IMG/VR virus record: IMGVR_UViG_3300029309_000054
Coordinates: 1-55,264 of that record
DNA: 55,264 bases
Strand: one strand, 5' to 3'
Origin: a virus
Lineage: Duplodnaviria > Caudoviricetes
Shown: piece by piece, positions 37,865 to 47,580 of the stretch
How the letters are laid out: every line of letters begins with the position of its first letter
How positions within the stretch are numbered: the first letter of the stretch is position 1
Translations under genes and position numbers: made by a program
Notes under the pieces: generated by a model
Databases searched by the model: none
Told to the model about the DNA's origin: nothing
Seen by the model: only the letters and a program-made list of their open reading frames with translations

Positions 37865-40297
37865 ATGGCGCGTGAACCGATTGCCGGGATGGTAGAAACT
37901 ACGGTCCCTACGCAGCTTGATCCGGAGGATTTGGCGGCAGAGGTAGAGCTGGAGCTCCCGGGTAGCCAAGAGACTGTGGCTTTTGAGGGCATGGCCGAGG
38001 GCATGGACATTGAGATTGTGCCCGAGGACGACGGCGGCGTTGTGATTGACTTTGACCCGCAAGACCAGCGCGGGAAAAATGATGACTTTTATGCGAACTT
38101 AGCAGAGGAAATGCCAGATCGTGAGCTCGGGCGTATTGCCAGTGAGCTGCTGGGCGAGTTCGATGCTAACAAAGCGAGCCGACAGGAGTGGGAAGATGCT
38201 TACGCCAACGGTTTGGAGCTTCTTGGTTTCTCCTACGAGGAGAGAACCCAGCCGTTCCGAGGAGCTACCGGTGTTACGCATCCCTTGCTTGCAGAGGCAG
38301 CTACACAGTTCCAAGCGCAAGCCTTTAACGAGTTGCTGCCAGCGTCTGGGCCAGTGCGTACTGCGATCATCGGAAGTGAAACTAGGGAAAAACAGCAGCA
38401 GTCTGACCGCGTAAGACAGTTTATGAACTACTACATCACCAATGTGATGGAGGAGTACACGCCTGAACTGGACCAGATGCTGTTTTATTTGCCGTTGGCG
38501 GGCAGCACGTTCAAGAAAATCTACTATGACGAGACGATGGACCGCGCTGTAAGCAAGTTTGTGCCTGTTGAGCAGCTTGTGGTGCCGTATGAAACGTCAG
38601 ATTTGGAGACTTGCCCCAACATTACGCAGGTTTTGCGTATGTCGCTCAACGATTTGCGTAAAAAGCAGGTCGCAGGCTTCTATTTGGACATGGATGTCAT
38701 CCCGGCACAGGCGGAAGCAAGCAGCGTGGGCAGCGAAATAGAACGAATTGACGGTGTTTCGCCGTCTCAGATCGATTATGACTGCACTTTGCTTGAGTGC
38801 CACGTTGATTTGGACCTTGAGGGGTACGAAGACAAGGATCAGGACGGTGAACCGACCGGTATTAAGGTGCCGTATGTGGTCACCATCAGTCAGGACAACG
38901 GTCAGATCTTGTCAATTCGTCGAAATTACAATGAGGGCGACGAGAACAAGAAGAAAATCCAGTATTTTGTGCACTATAAGTTCCTTCCGGGCTTCGGTTT
39001 CTACGGCTTGGGGCTTATTCACACGATTGGCGGGCTGTCACGGACCGCCACGGCGGCACTGAGGCAGTTAATCGATGCTGGTACGTTGTCCAACCTCCCA
39101 GCGGGTTTCAAAGCCCGCGGACTACGGATCAGAGATGACGATGACCCGCTTCAGCCCGGTGAGTTTCGCGATGTGGACGCTCCCGGAGGGGCTATCCGTG
39201 ACAGCCTGATGCCGCTGCCCTTCAAAGGCCCTGATCAGACGCTATTTAACCTGCTTGGGTTCGTGGTAGACGCTGGTCGGCGCTTTGCAACCATCACGGA
39301 CATGAAAGTTGGTGATGGCAATGATCAGGCGGCGGTTGGAACGACACTTGCGCTGATTGAGCAGGGCTCTCGGGTGATGAGCGCGGTGCATAAGCGGCTT
39401 CACTACGCTATGCGGCTTGAATTTAAGATTTTGTCGCGTGTGATGGCCGAAAGTCTGCCGCCGGAGTACCCGTATGCCGTTGAGGGCGCGGAATCCGCGG
39501 TCAAGCAGACGGATTTTGATGATCGCGTAGATGTTTTGCCGGTCTCTGACCCGAATGTGTTCAGTCAGGCGCAGCGGATCACGTTGGCGCAAACCAAGTT
39601 GCAGTTGGCTGGTGCGGCCCCTGAGATGCACAACATGCATGAGGTATATCGTGACATGTATGATGCTTTGGGCGTCAAGGACGTTGATCGGATCATGCGT
39701 AGGATTCCTGATGAGGAGCCGACACCCAAGGACCCTGCACAGGAGAATATTGACGCTATGGACATGATCCCTCTGAAGGCGTTTGAGGGTCAGGAGCATC
39801 AGGCGCACATCATGGCGCACATGGTCTTTGGCTCTACGCCCATGGTGGCGGGTATGCCTGCCATGGCGATGGCGCTTCAGAAGCACATCATGGAGCATGT
39901 GCAGATTGCGGCACGGGAGCAGGCGGCAGTTGTCTTTTTACAAGGCAGGCAGCAAGCTGGTGGAGCTCCGGCCTCTGAGGAAGAGATGATGCAGATTGAG
40001 GGCCTCACCGCTCAATTTGTTGCCGAGGGAATGCAGCAGGTCAAGCAGCTCTCGCAGCAGGTATCTGGTCAGGGCCCTGATCCGTTGGTCAAGCTCAAGG
40101 AGCAGGAGCTTCAGATTCGTGCACAGGCCGAGCAGGCCGACGCACAGAACGACGCTGCGAAGCTCAATCTGGAAGCACAGGGCCAGCAGATGCGGTCCGA
40201 TCAATTCCAGCAGCGGTTGGCGAGCCAAGAGCGGCAGACCGCGGCACGTATAGATGCTGCCATGCAGCGTGAATTTATTAAAGGAAGGGGACAGTAA
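37865..40297 (+). CDS. Portal protein
   Basis: 810 aa after terL; HPLLAEA and GFYGLGL...RQLIDAGTLSNLP motifs; Gln-rich coiled-coil C-terminus. Confidence 0.9.
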   Translation: MAREPIAGMVETTVPTQLDPEDLAAEVELELPGSQETVAFEGMAEGMDIEIVPEDDGGVVIDFDPQDQRGKNDDFYANLAEEMPDRELGRIASELLGEFDANKASRQEWEDAYANGLELLGFSYEERTQPFRGATGVTHPLLAEAATQFQAQAFNELLPASGPVRTAIIGSETREKQQQSDRVRQFMNYYITNVMEEYTPELDQMLFYLPLAGSTFKKIYYDETMDRAVSKFVPVEQLVVPYETSDLETCPNITQVLRMSLNDLRKKQVAGFYLDMDVIPAQAEASSVGSEIERIDGVSPSQIDYDCTLLECHVDLDLEGYEDKDQDGEPTGIKVPYVVTISQDNGQILSIRRNYNEGDENKKKIQYFVHYKFLPGFGFYGLGLIHTIGGLSRTATAALRQLIDAGTLSNLPAGFKARGLRIRDDDDPLQPGEFRDVDAPGGAIRDSLMPLPFKGPDQTLFNLLGFVVDAGRRFATITDMKVGDGNDQAAVGTTLALIEQGSRVMSAVHKRLHYAMRLEFKILSRVMAESLPPEYPYAVEGAESAVKQTDFDDRVDVLPVSDPNVFSQAQRITLAQTKLQLAGAAPEMHNMHEVYRDMYDALGVKDVDRIMRRIPDEEPTPKDPAQENIDAMDMIPLKAFEGQEHQAHIMAHMVFGSTPMVAGMPAMAMALQKHIMEHVQIAAREQAAVVFLQGRQQAGGAPASEEEMMQIEGLTAQFVAEGMQQVKQLSQQVSGQGPDPLVKLKEQELQIRAQAEQADAQNDAAKLNLEAQGQQMRSDQFQQRLASQERQTAARIDAAMQREFIKGRGQ

Positions 40298-40458
40298 TGT
40301 CAGTAGTTAAGATTGTGACTAACAAGCCGGGCCCTGCGCCCAAGCCCGAAGAGACAGGCAAGATTAAAGAAGTTCCGATTCCGGACAAAATGAGTCAGAT
40401 GACGGCTCGTGGGATGGGCGCTGCTACAAAGGGTGGCAGTTACATGGGATACAAGTAG
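40297..40458 (+). CDS. Small basic protein, 53 aa (not in ORF track)
   Basis: MSVVKIVTNKPG...ARGMGAATKGGSYMGYK*; TAATG coupling to the portal gene. Confidence 0.7.
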   Translation: MSVVKIVTNKPGPAPKPEETGKIKEVPIPDKMSQMTARGMGAATKGGSYMGYK

Positions 40459-40488
40459 CCCTTATGAGGGGACTACGGGAACACAACT

Positions 40489-41184
40489 ATGGATCCGGTA
40501 ACTGCTATGGCGACTGCTTCGGCAGCGTTTGGGGCACTTAAAAAAGGTTTTGCAATAGGTCGGGACATTGAGTCTATGGCCTCGGACTTGTCCAGATGGA
40601 TGGGTGCGCTTTCCGACCTTGACCAAGCTGAAAAAGAAGCCAAAAACCCACCTATATTTAAAAAACTGTTTTCTGGTCAATCGGTTGAGCAGGAAGCGGT
40701 AATTGCGTTTGCCAACAAACAAAAGGCGCAGCAACAGCGATATGAGCTTCAACAGTGGATCAGTCTGACCTTGGGCAAGTCCAAGTGGGACGAGTTGGTC
40801 CGAATGGAAGGTCAGATACGTAAGCGTAGGCAGGAGACTTTGTACGCTCAAAGGGAGCGGCGTCGTAAGTTTGTCGAGATTGTTGCTTGGGTTGTGATGA
40901 TAAGCGTAGGTATAGCTGTTCTTACGTCCTTTGTTCTTTTGCTCAAATCACACTCAGCAAACGCTTCGGATCAAATGACTATCTGTCGAAAAGTTAAATG
41001 TGAGAAGCTTGAAAACAGGCAAATGGTCTGCGTATTTAAAGGCCAGAACAATACGATTGAGTCTATGTTTTTTAGTCAGGGGGAGTTTGTTCCTAACGAG
41101 TATCTCTGCAAATACGATCCAAACGCTCGTAGGGACCGGACTATACAGGAGACTTTGAAGGAAATACGGGAGAGTCAAAAGTGA
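40489..41184 (+). CDS. Membrane protein of the lysis region
   Basis: Coiled coil, one TM helix and a Cys-containing C-terminal part. Confidence 0.7.
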   Translation: MDPVTAMATASAAFGALKKGFAIGRDIESMASDLSRWMGALSDLDQAEKEAKNPPIFKKLFSGQSVEQEAVIAFANKQKAQQQRYELQQWISLTLGKSKWDELVRMEGQIRKRRQETLYAQRERRRKFVEIVAWVVMISVGIAVLTSFVLLLKSHSANASDQMTICRKVKCEKLENRQMVCVFKGQNNTIESMFFSQGEFVPNEYLCKYDPNARRDRTIQETLKEIRESQK

Positions 41185-41501
41185 GCCCGAAGAGGTTTCA
41201 GCCGGATACATCCTACGCTCAGTATGATTTGGATGGTGATGGGGAGATTACAGACGAGGAGCTTGAACACGCCAAGGAAATACGAGAGACCGAGCGGGAC
41301 CTTCGCAAGAGTTTGGCGCAATTAAGGATGGCGCGATACACGCTTATTGGCATGGGGGTATTTACTGCCGCCATGTTTACCCCTTGGGTTTCTGTTGAGC
41401 GAATTGAGGCCCTCAGTGAAATTAGCAGCCTGTTTTACATTTCAGGTGCAGGTATAGTTGGGGCTTACATGGGCACCACGGCTTGGATGGCCCGGAAGTG
41501 A
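41181..41501 (+). CDS. Two-TM membrane protein with EF-hand-like loop (holin-like)
   Basis: YDLDGDGEITDEEL followed by two hydrophobic helices. Confidence 0.65.
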   Translation: MSPKRFQPDTSYAQYDLDGDGEITDEELEHAKEIRETERDLRKSLAQLRMARYTLIGMGVFTAAMFTPWVSVERIEALSEISSLFYISGAGIVGAYMGTTAWMARK

Positions 41502-41725
41502 TCGATGCCTTTTTGTTATTGGTCTATTTGGGGACGGGGGATTTCAGAAAGTTAGAGTCCGGAAATATGTATTTTTACGACATCAACGAATGCAATTTTT
41601 TTGCTAAGCAAGTTTCAAAGCGGTATGGGAACTATGGTTTTGCGGACTACATGGACCCCAAGGATCGAGTGACGGCCTACTGCGTTCCAAAACAGGTAGA
41701 CCCTGAGATAATAAAGGTTTATTAA
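41498..41725 (+). CDS. Hypothetical exported/membrane protein
   Basis: GTGA coupling; hydrophobic N-terminus; C...AYCVP. Confidence 0.6.
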   Translation: MIDAFLLLVYLGTGDFRKLESGNMYFYDINECNFFAKQVSKRYGNYGFADYMDPKDRVTAYCVPKQVDPEIIKVY

Positions 41726-41791
41726 TGATAATGTGGGACATGCACAATAGGACTACGCCGGAACAAGCGGAAGCGAACAGGAGAAGGCGAG

Positions 41792-42187
41792 ATGCTGCAA
41801 GCACTGATTGGACCCGTAACGGGGATTCTGGACAAGTTCATCGAGGACAAGGATCAGAAAGCGAAGTTGGCTCACGAAATAGCCACCATGGCGGAAAAAC
41901 ACGCTCACGAAGCCAACATGGGGCAAATAGAGATCAACAAGGCAGAGGCACAGCATAGGTCTGTGTTTGTCGCCGGTTGGCGACCTTTCCTTGGCTGGGG
42001 ACTAGCAACGGCCATGATATGGCACTTTGTTTTAGCGCCGGTTACCATGTTTGGTTTTGCATATGCGGGCATGGAAGCCCCGGACTTGCCAACATTTGAC
42101 ATGGACAGCTTGATGACTGTTCTGTTAGGCATGTTGGGTCTTGGCGGTCTTAGGACCGTAGAAAAGGTCAAGGGTCTTACAAAGTAA
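41792..42187 (+). CDS. Holin, 3TM (GTA-holin-like)
   Basis: FVAGWRPFLGW and LLGMLGLGGLRTVEK motifs; directly upstream of the endolysin. Confidence 0.85.
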   Translation: MLQALIGPVTGILDKFIEDKDQKAKLAHEIATMAEKHAHEANMGQIEINKAEAQHRSVFVAGWRPFLGWGLATAMIWHFVLAPVTMFGFAYAGMEAPDLPTFDMDSLMTVLLGMLGLGGLRTVEKVKGLTK

Positions 42188-42711
42188 TGGAAGCAAACTT
42201 CTTCAAAAGCCTTGAGATGGTGCTGAAGCACGAGGGCGGTTTTGTGGATCATCCGGAAGATCCGGGTGGCGCAACCAACAAGGGGATTACGCACAAGACG
42301 TATTCTGACTTCCTTGGTCGCCCGCTAGAGGATGTAGGCGAACTCCAGAATATTCCAGATGACCATGTAGAGCTGATTTACAAACAGGGCTACTGGGATA
42401 AGGTCAAGGGGGACCAGCTCCCCTCGGGCGTAGACTTTTGTACCTTTGATTGGAGCGTGAACAGCGGTCCGGGACGCGCGGCTAAAGCTTTGCAGAAAAC
42501 TGTAATGGTTTCGCAAGACGGAGCGATTGGTCCGCGGACGTTAGCTGCGGTTGAAGAGAAAGACCCGATGCAGATCATCGAGGAAGTAACAGCAGAGCGG
42601 GAACAATTCTATCGCTCTTTGCGGACGTTTGAGACGTTTGGCAAGGGTTGGTTACGTCGAAATGATGAGACATGCGAGTATGCTTTGTTGCTCGCGGGAG
42701 GTATGACATAA
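42187..42711 (+). CDS. Endolysin, glycoside hydrolase family 108 with PG-binding domain
   Basis: HEGGFVDHPEDPGGATNKGIT, FDWSVNSG, DGAIGPRT and FGKGWLRR motifs. Confidence 0.93.
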   Translation: MEANFFKSLEMVLKHEGGFVDHPEDPGGATNKGITHKTYSDFLGRPLEDVGELQNIPDDHVELIYKQGYWDKVKGDQLPSGVDFCTFDWSVNSGPGRAAKALQKTVMVSQDGAIGPRTLAAVEEKDPMQIIEEVTAEREQFYRSLRTFETFGKGWLRRNDETCEYALLLAGGMT

Positions 42712-42909
42712 GTGGATGAAGTCTTCTTTGCTGACGCTGTCCTACGAATTGTAAGGGACAGGCGGTTGACAGTTCAGGACTCGTTGATTTACGACAACGT
42801 CAAGAACATGGAGCATTATCGTGAGCTCATGGGTAATCTCAAAGCCCTAGATCACGTGGAACAGGAACTCAAGAGCCTGCTAGATAAACAGGAGCGCAAC
42901 GATGGTTGA
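42712..42909 (+). CDS. Hypothetical protein
   Basis: GTG start; short helical protein preceding groES. Confidence 0.65.
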   Translation: MDEVFFADAVLRIVRDRRLTVQDSLIYDNVKNMEHYRELMGNLKALDHVEQELKSLLDKQERNDG

Positions 42910-43342
42910 TCTTGCTGGTGCCTCAAAGGGCGCTGAAAATTTAGCATCTGCATATGTAGATGTACCGACGGATAAGAAGTTGGACCCCGAGGCCATCGGC
43001 GGTTCTCTCTTAGAAAGAATGCCAGAGCCCACCGGTTGGCGGCTGCTTATTCTCCCTTACCGGGGGAAAGGCAAGACGGACGGTGGCATTTACCTTCCGG
43101 ACAAGGTTGTTGAGGAGAACACGGTATCCACGCAGGTGGGTTACGTTCTGAAGGTTGGGGAGCTGGCATACAAGGATTCCGAAAAATTTCCGTTTGGGCC
43201 GTGGTGTGAGCAGGGCGATTGGGTCATGTTTGCGCGGTATGCTGGCTCTCGGTTTCGGATAGACGGCGGGGAAGTCAGGATTCTCAACGACGATGAGATC
43301 TTGGCACGGATCAAAGAACCCGAAGACATTCTTCATTTCTAG
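42902..43342 (+). CDS. groES: Co-chaperonin GroES (Cpn10)
   Basis: PTGWRLLI, KTDGGIYLPD, VLKVG, GDWVMFARYAG and ILNDDEILA motifs. Confidence 0.9.
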   Translation: MVDLAGASKGAENLASAYVDVPTDKKLDPEAIGGSLLERMPEPTGWRLLILPYRGKGKTDGGIYLPDKVVEENTVSTQVGYVLKVGELAYKDSEKFPFGPWCEQGDWVMFARYAGSRFRIDGGEVRILNDDEILARIKEPEDILHF

Positions 43343-43351
43343 GAGCACGTG

Positions 43352-44221
43352 ATGGCTGAAGAAAAAGCTCAAATTGAGCTAGACCTTGAGGACGAGGTTG
43401 AGGTTGAGGTTCCCGAGCAGGAACAGGACAACGCGCCTGTTGAGGTTGCTCAGGAAGAGGATAATTTCGATAAGGCAGAAAGCGCCACGCAGAAGCGTAT
43501 TGATCGCTTGACAAAGAAAATGCGTGAGGCGGAGCGCCAGCGGGAAGAGGCGCTCAAGTATGCACAAAGTGTGCAGGCTGAAGCACAGCAGCTCAAGCAG
43601 CGCATGGACACCCTCGATACCAATTATGTGCAGGAGTATAGTAACCGGGTGGAGAGTCAGATGGCTTCTGCCGAGGGCGAGCTTGCTCGGGCCATGGAGG
43701 TTGGTGATACTAATGCGGTTGTGGAAGCGCAGCGCAAGATCACTCGTTTGGCTATTGAGAATGACCGAGCAGAACAGGCTAAAGCCCAGCAAGAACGCAG
43801 TGCACAGGCGGTTGAGGCGGAGCAGACGCCACAGGTTTCTCAACCTAGCCCGCAAGCACAGCCGCGCAGACCGGATCCGAAAGCTGAAGCTTGGGCGCAA
43901 AAGAATGAGTGGTTTGGTTCCGACGAAGCCATGACATATGCGGCCTTTGGCATTCATAAAAAACTAGTCGAGGATGAAGGGTTTGACCCCAAGTCAGATG
44001 ATTACTATACTGAACTTGACAGGCGTATGGGGGACGAGTTCCCGCATAAGCTTGGCAACTCCGGGGGAAGCAGACGGCCCGCTCAGACCGTAGCTTCTGT
44101 ATCCCGCAACACATCTGGGCGCAGCAGTGGGAAAAAGGTTAGACTCACCCCTAGCCAAGTCGCGATTGCGAAGAAATTGGGTGTGCCGCTTGAAGAATAC
44201 GCAAAGCACGTGAAGGAGTAA
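43352..44221 (+). CDS. Capsid scaffolding protein
   Basis: Acidic coiled coil; C-terminal LTPSQVAIAKKLGVPLEEYAK; upstream of the capsid genes. Confidence 0.75.
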   Translation: MAEEKAQIELDLEDEVEVEVPEQEQDNAPVEVAQEEDNFDKAESATQKRIDRLTKKMREAERQREEALKYAQSVQAEAQQLKQRMDTLDTNYVQEYSNRVESQMASAEGELARAMEVGDTNAVVEAQRKITRLAIENDRAEQAKAQQERSAQAVEAEQTPQVSQPSPQAQPRRPDPKAEAWAQKNEWFGSDEAMTYAAFGIHKKLVEDEGFDPKSDDYYTELDRRMGDEFPHKLGNSGGSRRPAQTVASVSRNTSGRSSGKKVRLTPSQVAIAKKLGVPLEEYAKHVKE

Positions 44222-44224
44222 GCG

Positions 44225-44704
44225 ATGACTGAAGAAATGTTTGAAGGTTCGGTTAAGAGAACTCCTCGCGCAAAAACAACTCGGGAGAAGACGGCTAGGC
44301 GTAAGCCGTGGGCTCCCCCGTCTATGTTAGATGCACCGCCTGCACCGGATGGGTTCAAGCATCGTTGGATCAGGGCTGAGACTCGTGGTTTCGACGATAC
44401 GAAGAACATCAGCGCAAAATTGCGTGAGGGATGGGAACTGGTCCGTAGGGACGAGTACCCGGACTTTGAGGCCCCGGTAGTTGAATCAGGTAAGTATCAA
44501 GGTGTGTTTGGTGTAGGTGGACTTGTTCTCGCTCGCATACCGTTGGAGACTGTTGACGAAAGGGCTGCGTACTTCCAAGGAAGGACAAAGGACCAGATGG
44601 AAGCGGTTGACTCCGATATGATGCGTGAGAATGCTCATTCGACAATGACGATCAGTAACCCTGAACGTCAGTCCCGTGTAACCTTTGGGGGCACTAGAAA
44701 GTAA
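44225..44704 (+). CDS. Conserved head-module protein
   Basis: PAPDGFKHRWIR...LREGWELV; AAGGAG RBS. Confidence 0.7.
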   Translation: MTEEMFEGSVKRTPRAKTTREKTARRKPWAPPSMLDAPPAPDGFKHRWIRAETRGFDDTKNISAKLREGWELVRRDEYPDFEAPVVESGKYQGVFGVGGLVLARIPLETVDERAAYFQGRTKDQMEAVDSDMMRENAHSTMTISNPERQSRVTFGGTRK

Positions 44705-44727
44705 CCCCGCAATCAGGAGAAAAGTAA

Positions 44728-45360
44728 ATGGCAAATGCCCTTACTGGCGGCTATGGCCTTCGTCCGATTGGGATTACGGGTAGCGGTCCAAACTCTACTG
44801 GCACAACCCAGTACGAAATCGCATCCAACAACACCGACGCGATTTATCACGGCGGTATTGTAATCCCTCTCTCGACAGGCTTCATAGGCAAAACAGACCA
44901 AGCGGTCGCCCCGCTTGGTGTTTTAAACGGAGTTGAGTATGTTGACTCAAACACGGGGAAAACCGTGTTTAGCAACTACTGGCCCGGTTCAAACAACGTG
45001 AGCGTTAACACGAACCACCCGGTCAAAGCCTTCGTGTTTGATAACCCCGATCAGCTTTTTGTTGTTGCCGCAGACGGCACTAACACTGATCGTGCTACCG
45101 CACAAGCGGATGTCTTCACAAACTGTGACATGGCTTCCGTTAACAACGGCAGTACCAGCACGGGTCAATCTAGTGACATGTTGGACATTAGTTCGGCTGC
45201 GACCACGAACACCCTAGATGTTCGTATCGTGGGTCTCTATGAGGACGAAGCAAATGAAGATTACTCCGCAGCGGGTCATCAATACATTGTTCGTCTGAAT
45301 GGTCACTTTAACACGGGTACAACCATTGCGGTTGGCACCTATGCAACAACCGGCATATAG
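44728..45360 (+). CDS. Minor capsid / decoration protein
   Basis: YGLRP N-terminus; beta-rich; immediately upstream of the major capsid gene. Confidence 0.65.
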   Translation: MANALTGGYGLRPIGITGSGPNSTGTTQYEIASNNTDAIYHGGIVIPLSTGFIGKTDQAVAPLGVLNGVEYVDSNTGKTVFSNYWPGSNNVSVNTNHPVKAFVFDNPDQLFVVAADGTNTDRATAQADVFTNCDMASVNNGSTSTGQSSDMLDISSAATTNTLDVRIVGLYEDEANEDYSAAGHQYIVRLNGHFNTGTTIAVGTYATTGI

Positions 45361-45371
45361 GAGGCTAGGAA

Positions 45372-46280
45372 ATGGCTATTTCAAGAGCACAACTAGCTAA
45401 AGAGCTAGAGCCCGGGTTGAATGCACTTTTCGGCCTTGAGTATGATCGTTACGAAAACGAACATGCGGAAATCTTTGACGAAGAAACCTCTGATCGTGCC
45501 TTTGAAGAAGAGGTGATGCTTGGTGGTTTTGCAACAGCCCCGGTTAAATCTGAGGGCGGAACCATTAGCTTTGACGACGCGCAGGAGACTTTCACTGCAC
45601 GTTATACACACGAGACCATTGCGTTGGCCTTCGCGATTTCCGAAGAGGCCATCGAGGACAATCTTTATGATCGTCTGGCCTCGCGTTACACCAAAGCTTT
45701 GGCTCGTTCCATGTCTCAGACTAAGCAGATTAAAGCTGCGGCAATCTTGAACAACGCTTTTACAGCGGGTGCAAGTGCCATAGGCGATGGTGCGGCGCTT
45801 TGTTCGTCCTCTCATCCTTCGCTTACAGGTAATCAGCGGAACCTGTTATCTGTTGCGGCGGACCTGAACGAAACCTCTCTTGAGCAAATGCTCATCGACA
45901 TTGCGGGTTTCACGGACGAGCGTGGTCTAAAGATTGCTGTACGGGGCATGAAGCTCATCATTCCAAAAGAACTGCAATTCATTGCAGAGCGCGTGATGAA
46001 CTCAAACCTGCGTGTAGGAACTGCGGACAACGACGCCAATGCGATGCGTAACATGGGCATGCTGCCGGAAGGTGCCGTGGTTAACCACTTCTTGACCGAC
46101 ACAGATGCGTTCTTCATCAAGACGGATGCACCTAACGGTTTCAAGATGTTTAACCGCTCGCCGATCAAGACCGCCATGGAAGGCGATTTTGACACTGGCA
46201 ACATGCGCTTCAAGGCTCGTGAGCGTTACAGCTTCGGTGTATCCGATTGGCGTTGCGTTTTCGCGACACCCGGTGCATAA
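45372..46280 (+). CDS. Major capsid protein
   Basis: MAISRAQLAKELEPGLNALFG...KARERYSFG; strong AGGAGG RBS; followed by a terminator. Confidence 0.9.
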   Translation: MAISRAQLAKELEPGLNALFGLEYDRYENEHAEIFDEETSDRAFEEEVMLGGFATAPVKSEGGTISFDDAQETFTARYTHETIALAFAISEEAIEDNLYDRLASRYTKALARSMSQTKQIKAAAILNNAFTAGASAIGDGAALCSSSHPSLTGNQRNLLSVAADLNETSLEQMLIDIAGFTDERGLKIAVRGMKLIIPKELQFIAERVMNSNLRVGTADNDANAMRNMGMLPEGAVVNHFLTDTDAFFIKTDAPNGFKMFNRSPIKTAMEGDFDTGNMRFKARERYSFGVSDWRCVFATPGA

Positions 46281-46310
46281 TTAGGCTGTTGAGCTAGTAT
46301 CTGTATGGGG

Positions 46311-46341
46311 AGGGCGGCACTATTGCCGCCCTTTCTTTTTT
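46311..46341 (+). terminator. Intrinsic terminator after the capsid gene
   Basis: AGGGCGGCA-CTAT-TGCCGCCCT-TTCTTTTTT. Confidence 0.85.
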
Positions 46342-46356
46342 GTTATACACTTCTTT

Positions 46357-46437
46357 TGGGCGTAACTTTAGCTTTGTAGACAGGACCCTGCCCACCTGAC
46401 ATTGCACGGACTACAAAGCGAAACCTTGTGCAAGGGG
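46357..46437 (+). ncRNA. Structured RNA with nested pseudoknots in a 5' leader
   Basis: Four pairings: 46357-62/46389-94, 46371-79/46411-19, 46381-84/46395-98 and 46402-07/46428-33. Confidence 0.5.
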
Positions 46438-46444
46438 TACTAAT

Positions 46445-46927
46445 ATGGCTTCCACTACTTTTTCAGGTCCCGTGACCTCTACTGCCGGTTTCATTTCGGG
46501 ATCGGATTCTCTTGTTTCTGTAACTGCTAACGTAACGCTGACCGCTGCTGCTAACGCGGGTCGTACAATGGTTTTGGGCGTAGCAAGCGGCGCGACTGTT
46601 ACTCTTCCGGCGGCTAGCGGGACAGGCAACATTTACCGGTTCTTTGTGTCCACCACGGTCACTTCTAACAACTACATCATTCAAGTCGCTAATGGCGATG
46701 ACACAATGGCTGGTGTAGCGATTGTGGCTAATGATTCGGACAACTCTGCATCCATCTTTGAAACCGCTGCAACGAGTGATACGATCACAATGAACGGTAC
46801 GACTACCGGTGGTCTTCTCGGAGCTACGGTTGAGATTCAGGACGTAGCGTCAAATGTCTTCTCAGTTGTATCTCGCGGCGCAGCAACAGGCACCGAAGCT
46901 ACTCCTTTCTCTGCCGCTGTATCGTAA
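46445..46927 (+). CDS. Virion structural protein (head fibre/decoration-like)
   Basis: MASTTFSGPV; TVTLPAASGTG; EATPFS C-terminus. Confidence 0.7.
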   Translation: MASTTFSGPVTSTAGFISGSDSLVSVTANVTLTAAANAGRTMVLGVASGATVTLPAASGTGNIYRFFVSTTVTSNNYIIQVANGDDTMAGVAIVANDSDNSASIFETAATSDTITMNGTTTGGLLGATVEIQDVASNVFSVVSRGAATGTEATPFSAAVS

Positions 46928-46937
46928 GAGGCTTATC

Positions 46938-47012
46938 ATGGGTAAGCTTAACGGCGGCAAGAAGCCGGTTAAAAAGACCGTAAAAAAGGCTTCAAAAAAG
47001 AAAGAGGGGTAA
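46938..47012 (+). CDS. 24-aa Lys-rich peptide (not in ORF track)
   Basis: MGKLNGGKKPVKKTVKKASKKKEG*; AGAGG RBS. Confidence 0.5.
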   Translation: MGKLNGGKKPVKKTVKKASKKKEG

Positions 47013-47015
47013 GTT

Positions 47016-47288
47016 ATGGCAGGTTCTGACGTAAGAACGAAACGGGTCACCGGCACGGGTTCCCTCGCGGTTGGTCCTGCTCGTATTCGGCAGATCCAGT
47101 TGAAAACTGCATCTGGAACTCCACGGCTCACTGTTACAGATGGTTCTGGCGGCGCTACAGTCCTTGATTTGGATTTTAACGCTTCAGACACACACTCTGT
47201 GAACATTCCTGCTGAAGGTATCAGGGTGACCGATATTTTTGTCGGCACCTTAACTAACATTACCGCAGTGACGTTCTTTTTTAATTAG
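47016..47288 (+). CDS. Small virion protein
   Basis: GAGGGG RBS; beta-rich; IPAEGIR motif. Confidence 0.7.
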   Translation: MAGSDVRTKRVTGTGSLAVGPARIRQIQLKTASGTPRLTVTDGSGGATVLDLDFNASDTHSVNIPAEGIRVTDIFVGTLTNITAVTFFFN

Positions 47289-47295
47289 GTGATCT

Positions 47296-47580
47296 ATGGC
47301 TTCGCGTGATGATAAAATGCCGAAGCGAAACAAAAAAAATTTCCGCCCCACTAAAGCTGGGGCGGGGATGACTAAAGCCGGGGTAGCAGCGTATCGAAGG
47401 AAAAATCCCGGCTCTAAGCTTAAAACCGCTGTCACAGGCAAAGTTAAGCCCGGAAGTAAGGATGCAAAACGTAGGAAGTCTTTCTGCGCTCGTTCTGCTG
47501 GACAAATGAAAAAATTTCCTAAAGCCGCAAAAAATCCAAACAGTCGTTTGCGGCAGGCTCGTAAAAGGTGGAAGTGCTGA
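47296..47580 (+). CDS. Small basic protein (DUF6321-like)
   Basis: GMTKAGVAAYRRKNPGSKLK...RRKSFCARS...RWKC. Confidence 0.75.
   Translation: MASRDDKMPKRNKKNFRPTKAGAGMTKAGVAAYRRKNPGSKLKTAVTGKVKPGSKDAKRRKSFCARSAGQMKKFPKAAKNPNSRLRQARKRWKC

Noticed and set aside
41725-41958. 77-aa ORF overlapping the holin
   Set aside because: Mostly an alternate frame of the holin with no lipobox or spanin features; at most its short 5' part may be real.
46395-46425. CTGA...GAAAC resembling a hammerhead ribozyme core
   Set aside because: The required CUGANGA is not present (CUGACAU) and the stems do not fit the hammerhead topology; kept only as a generic structured RNA.
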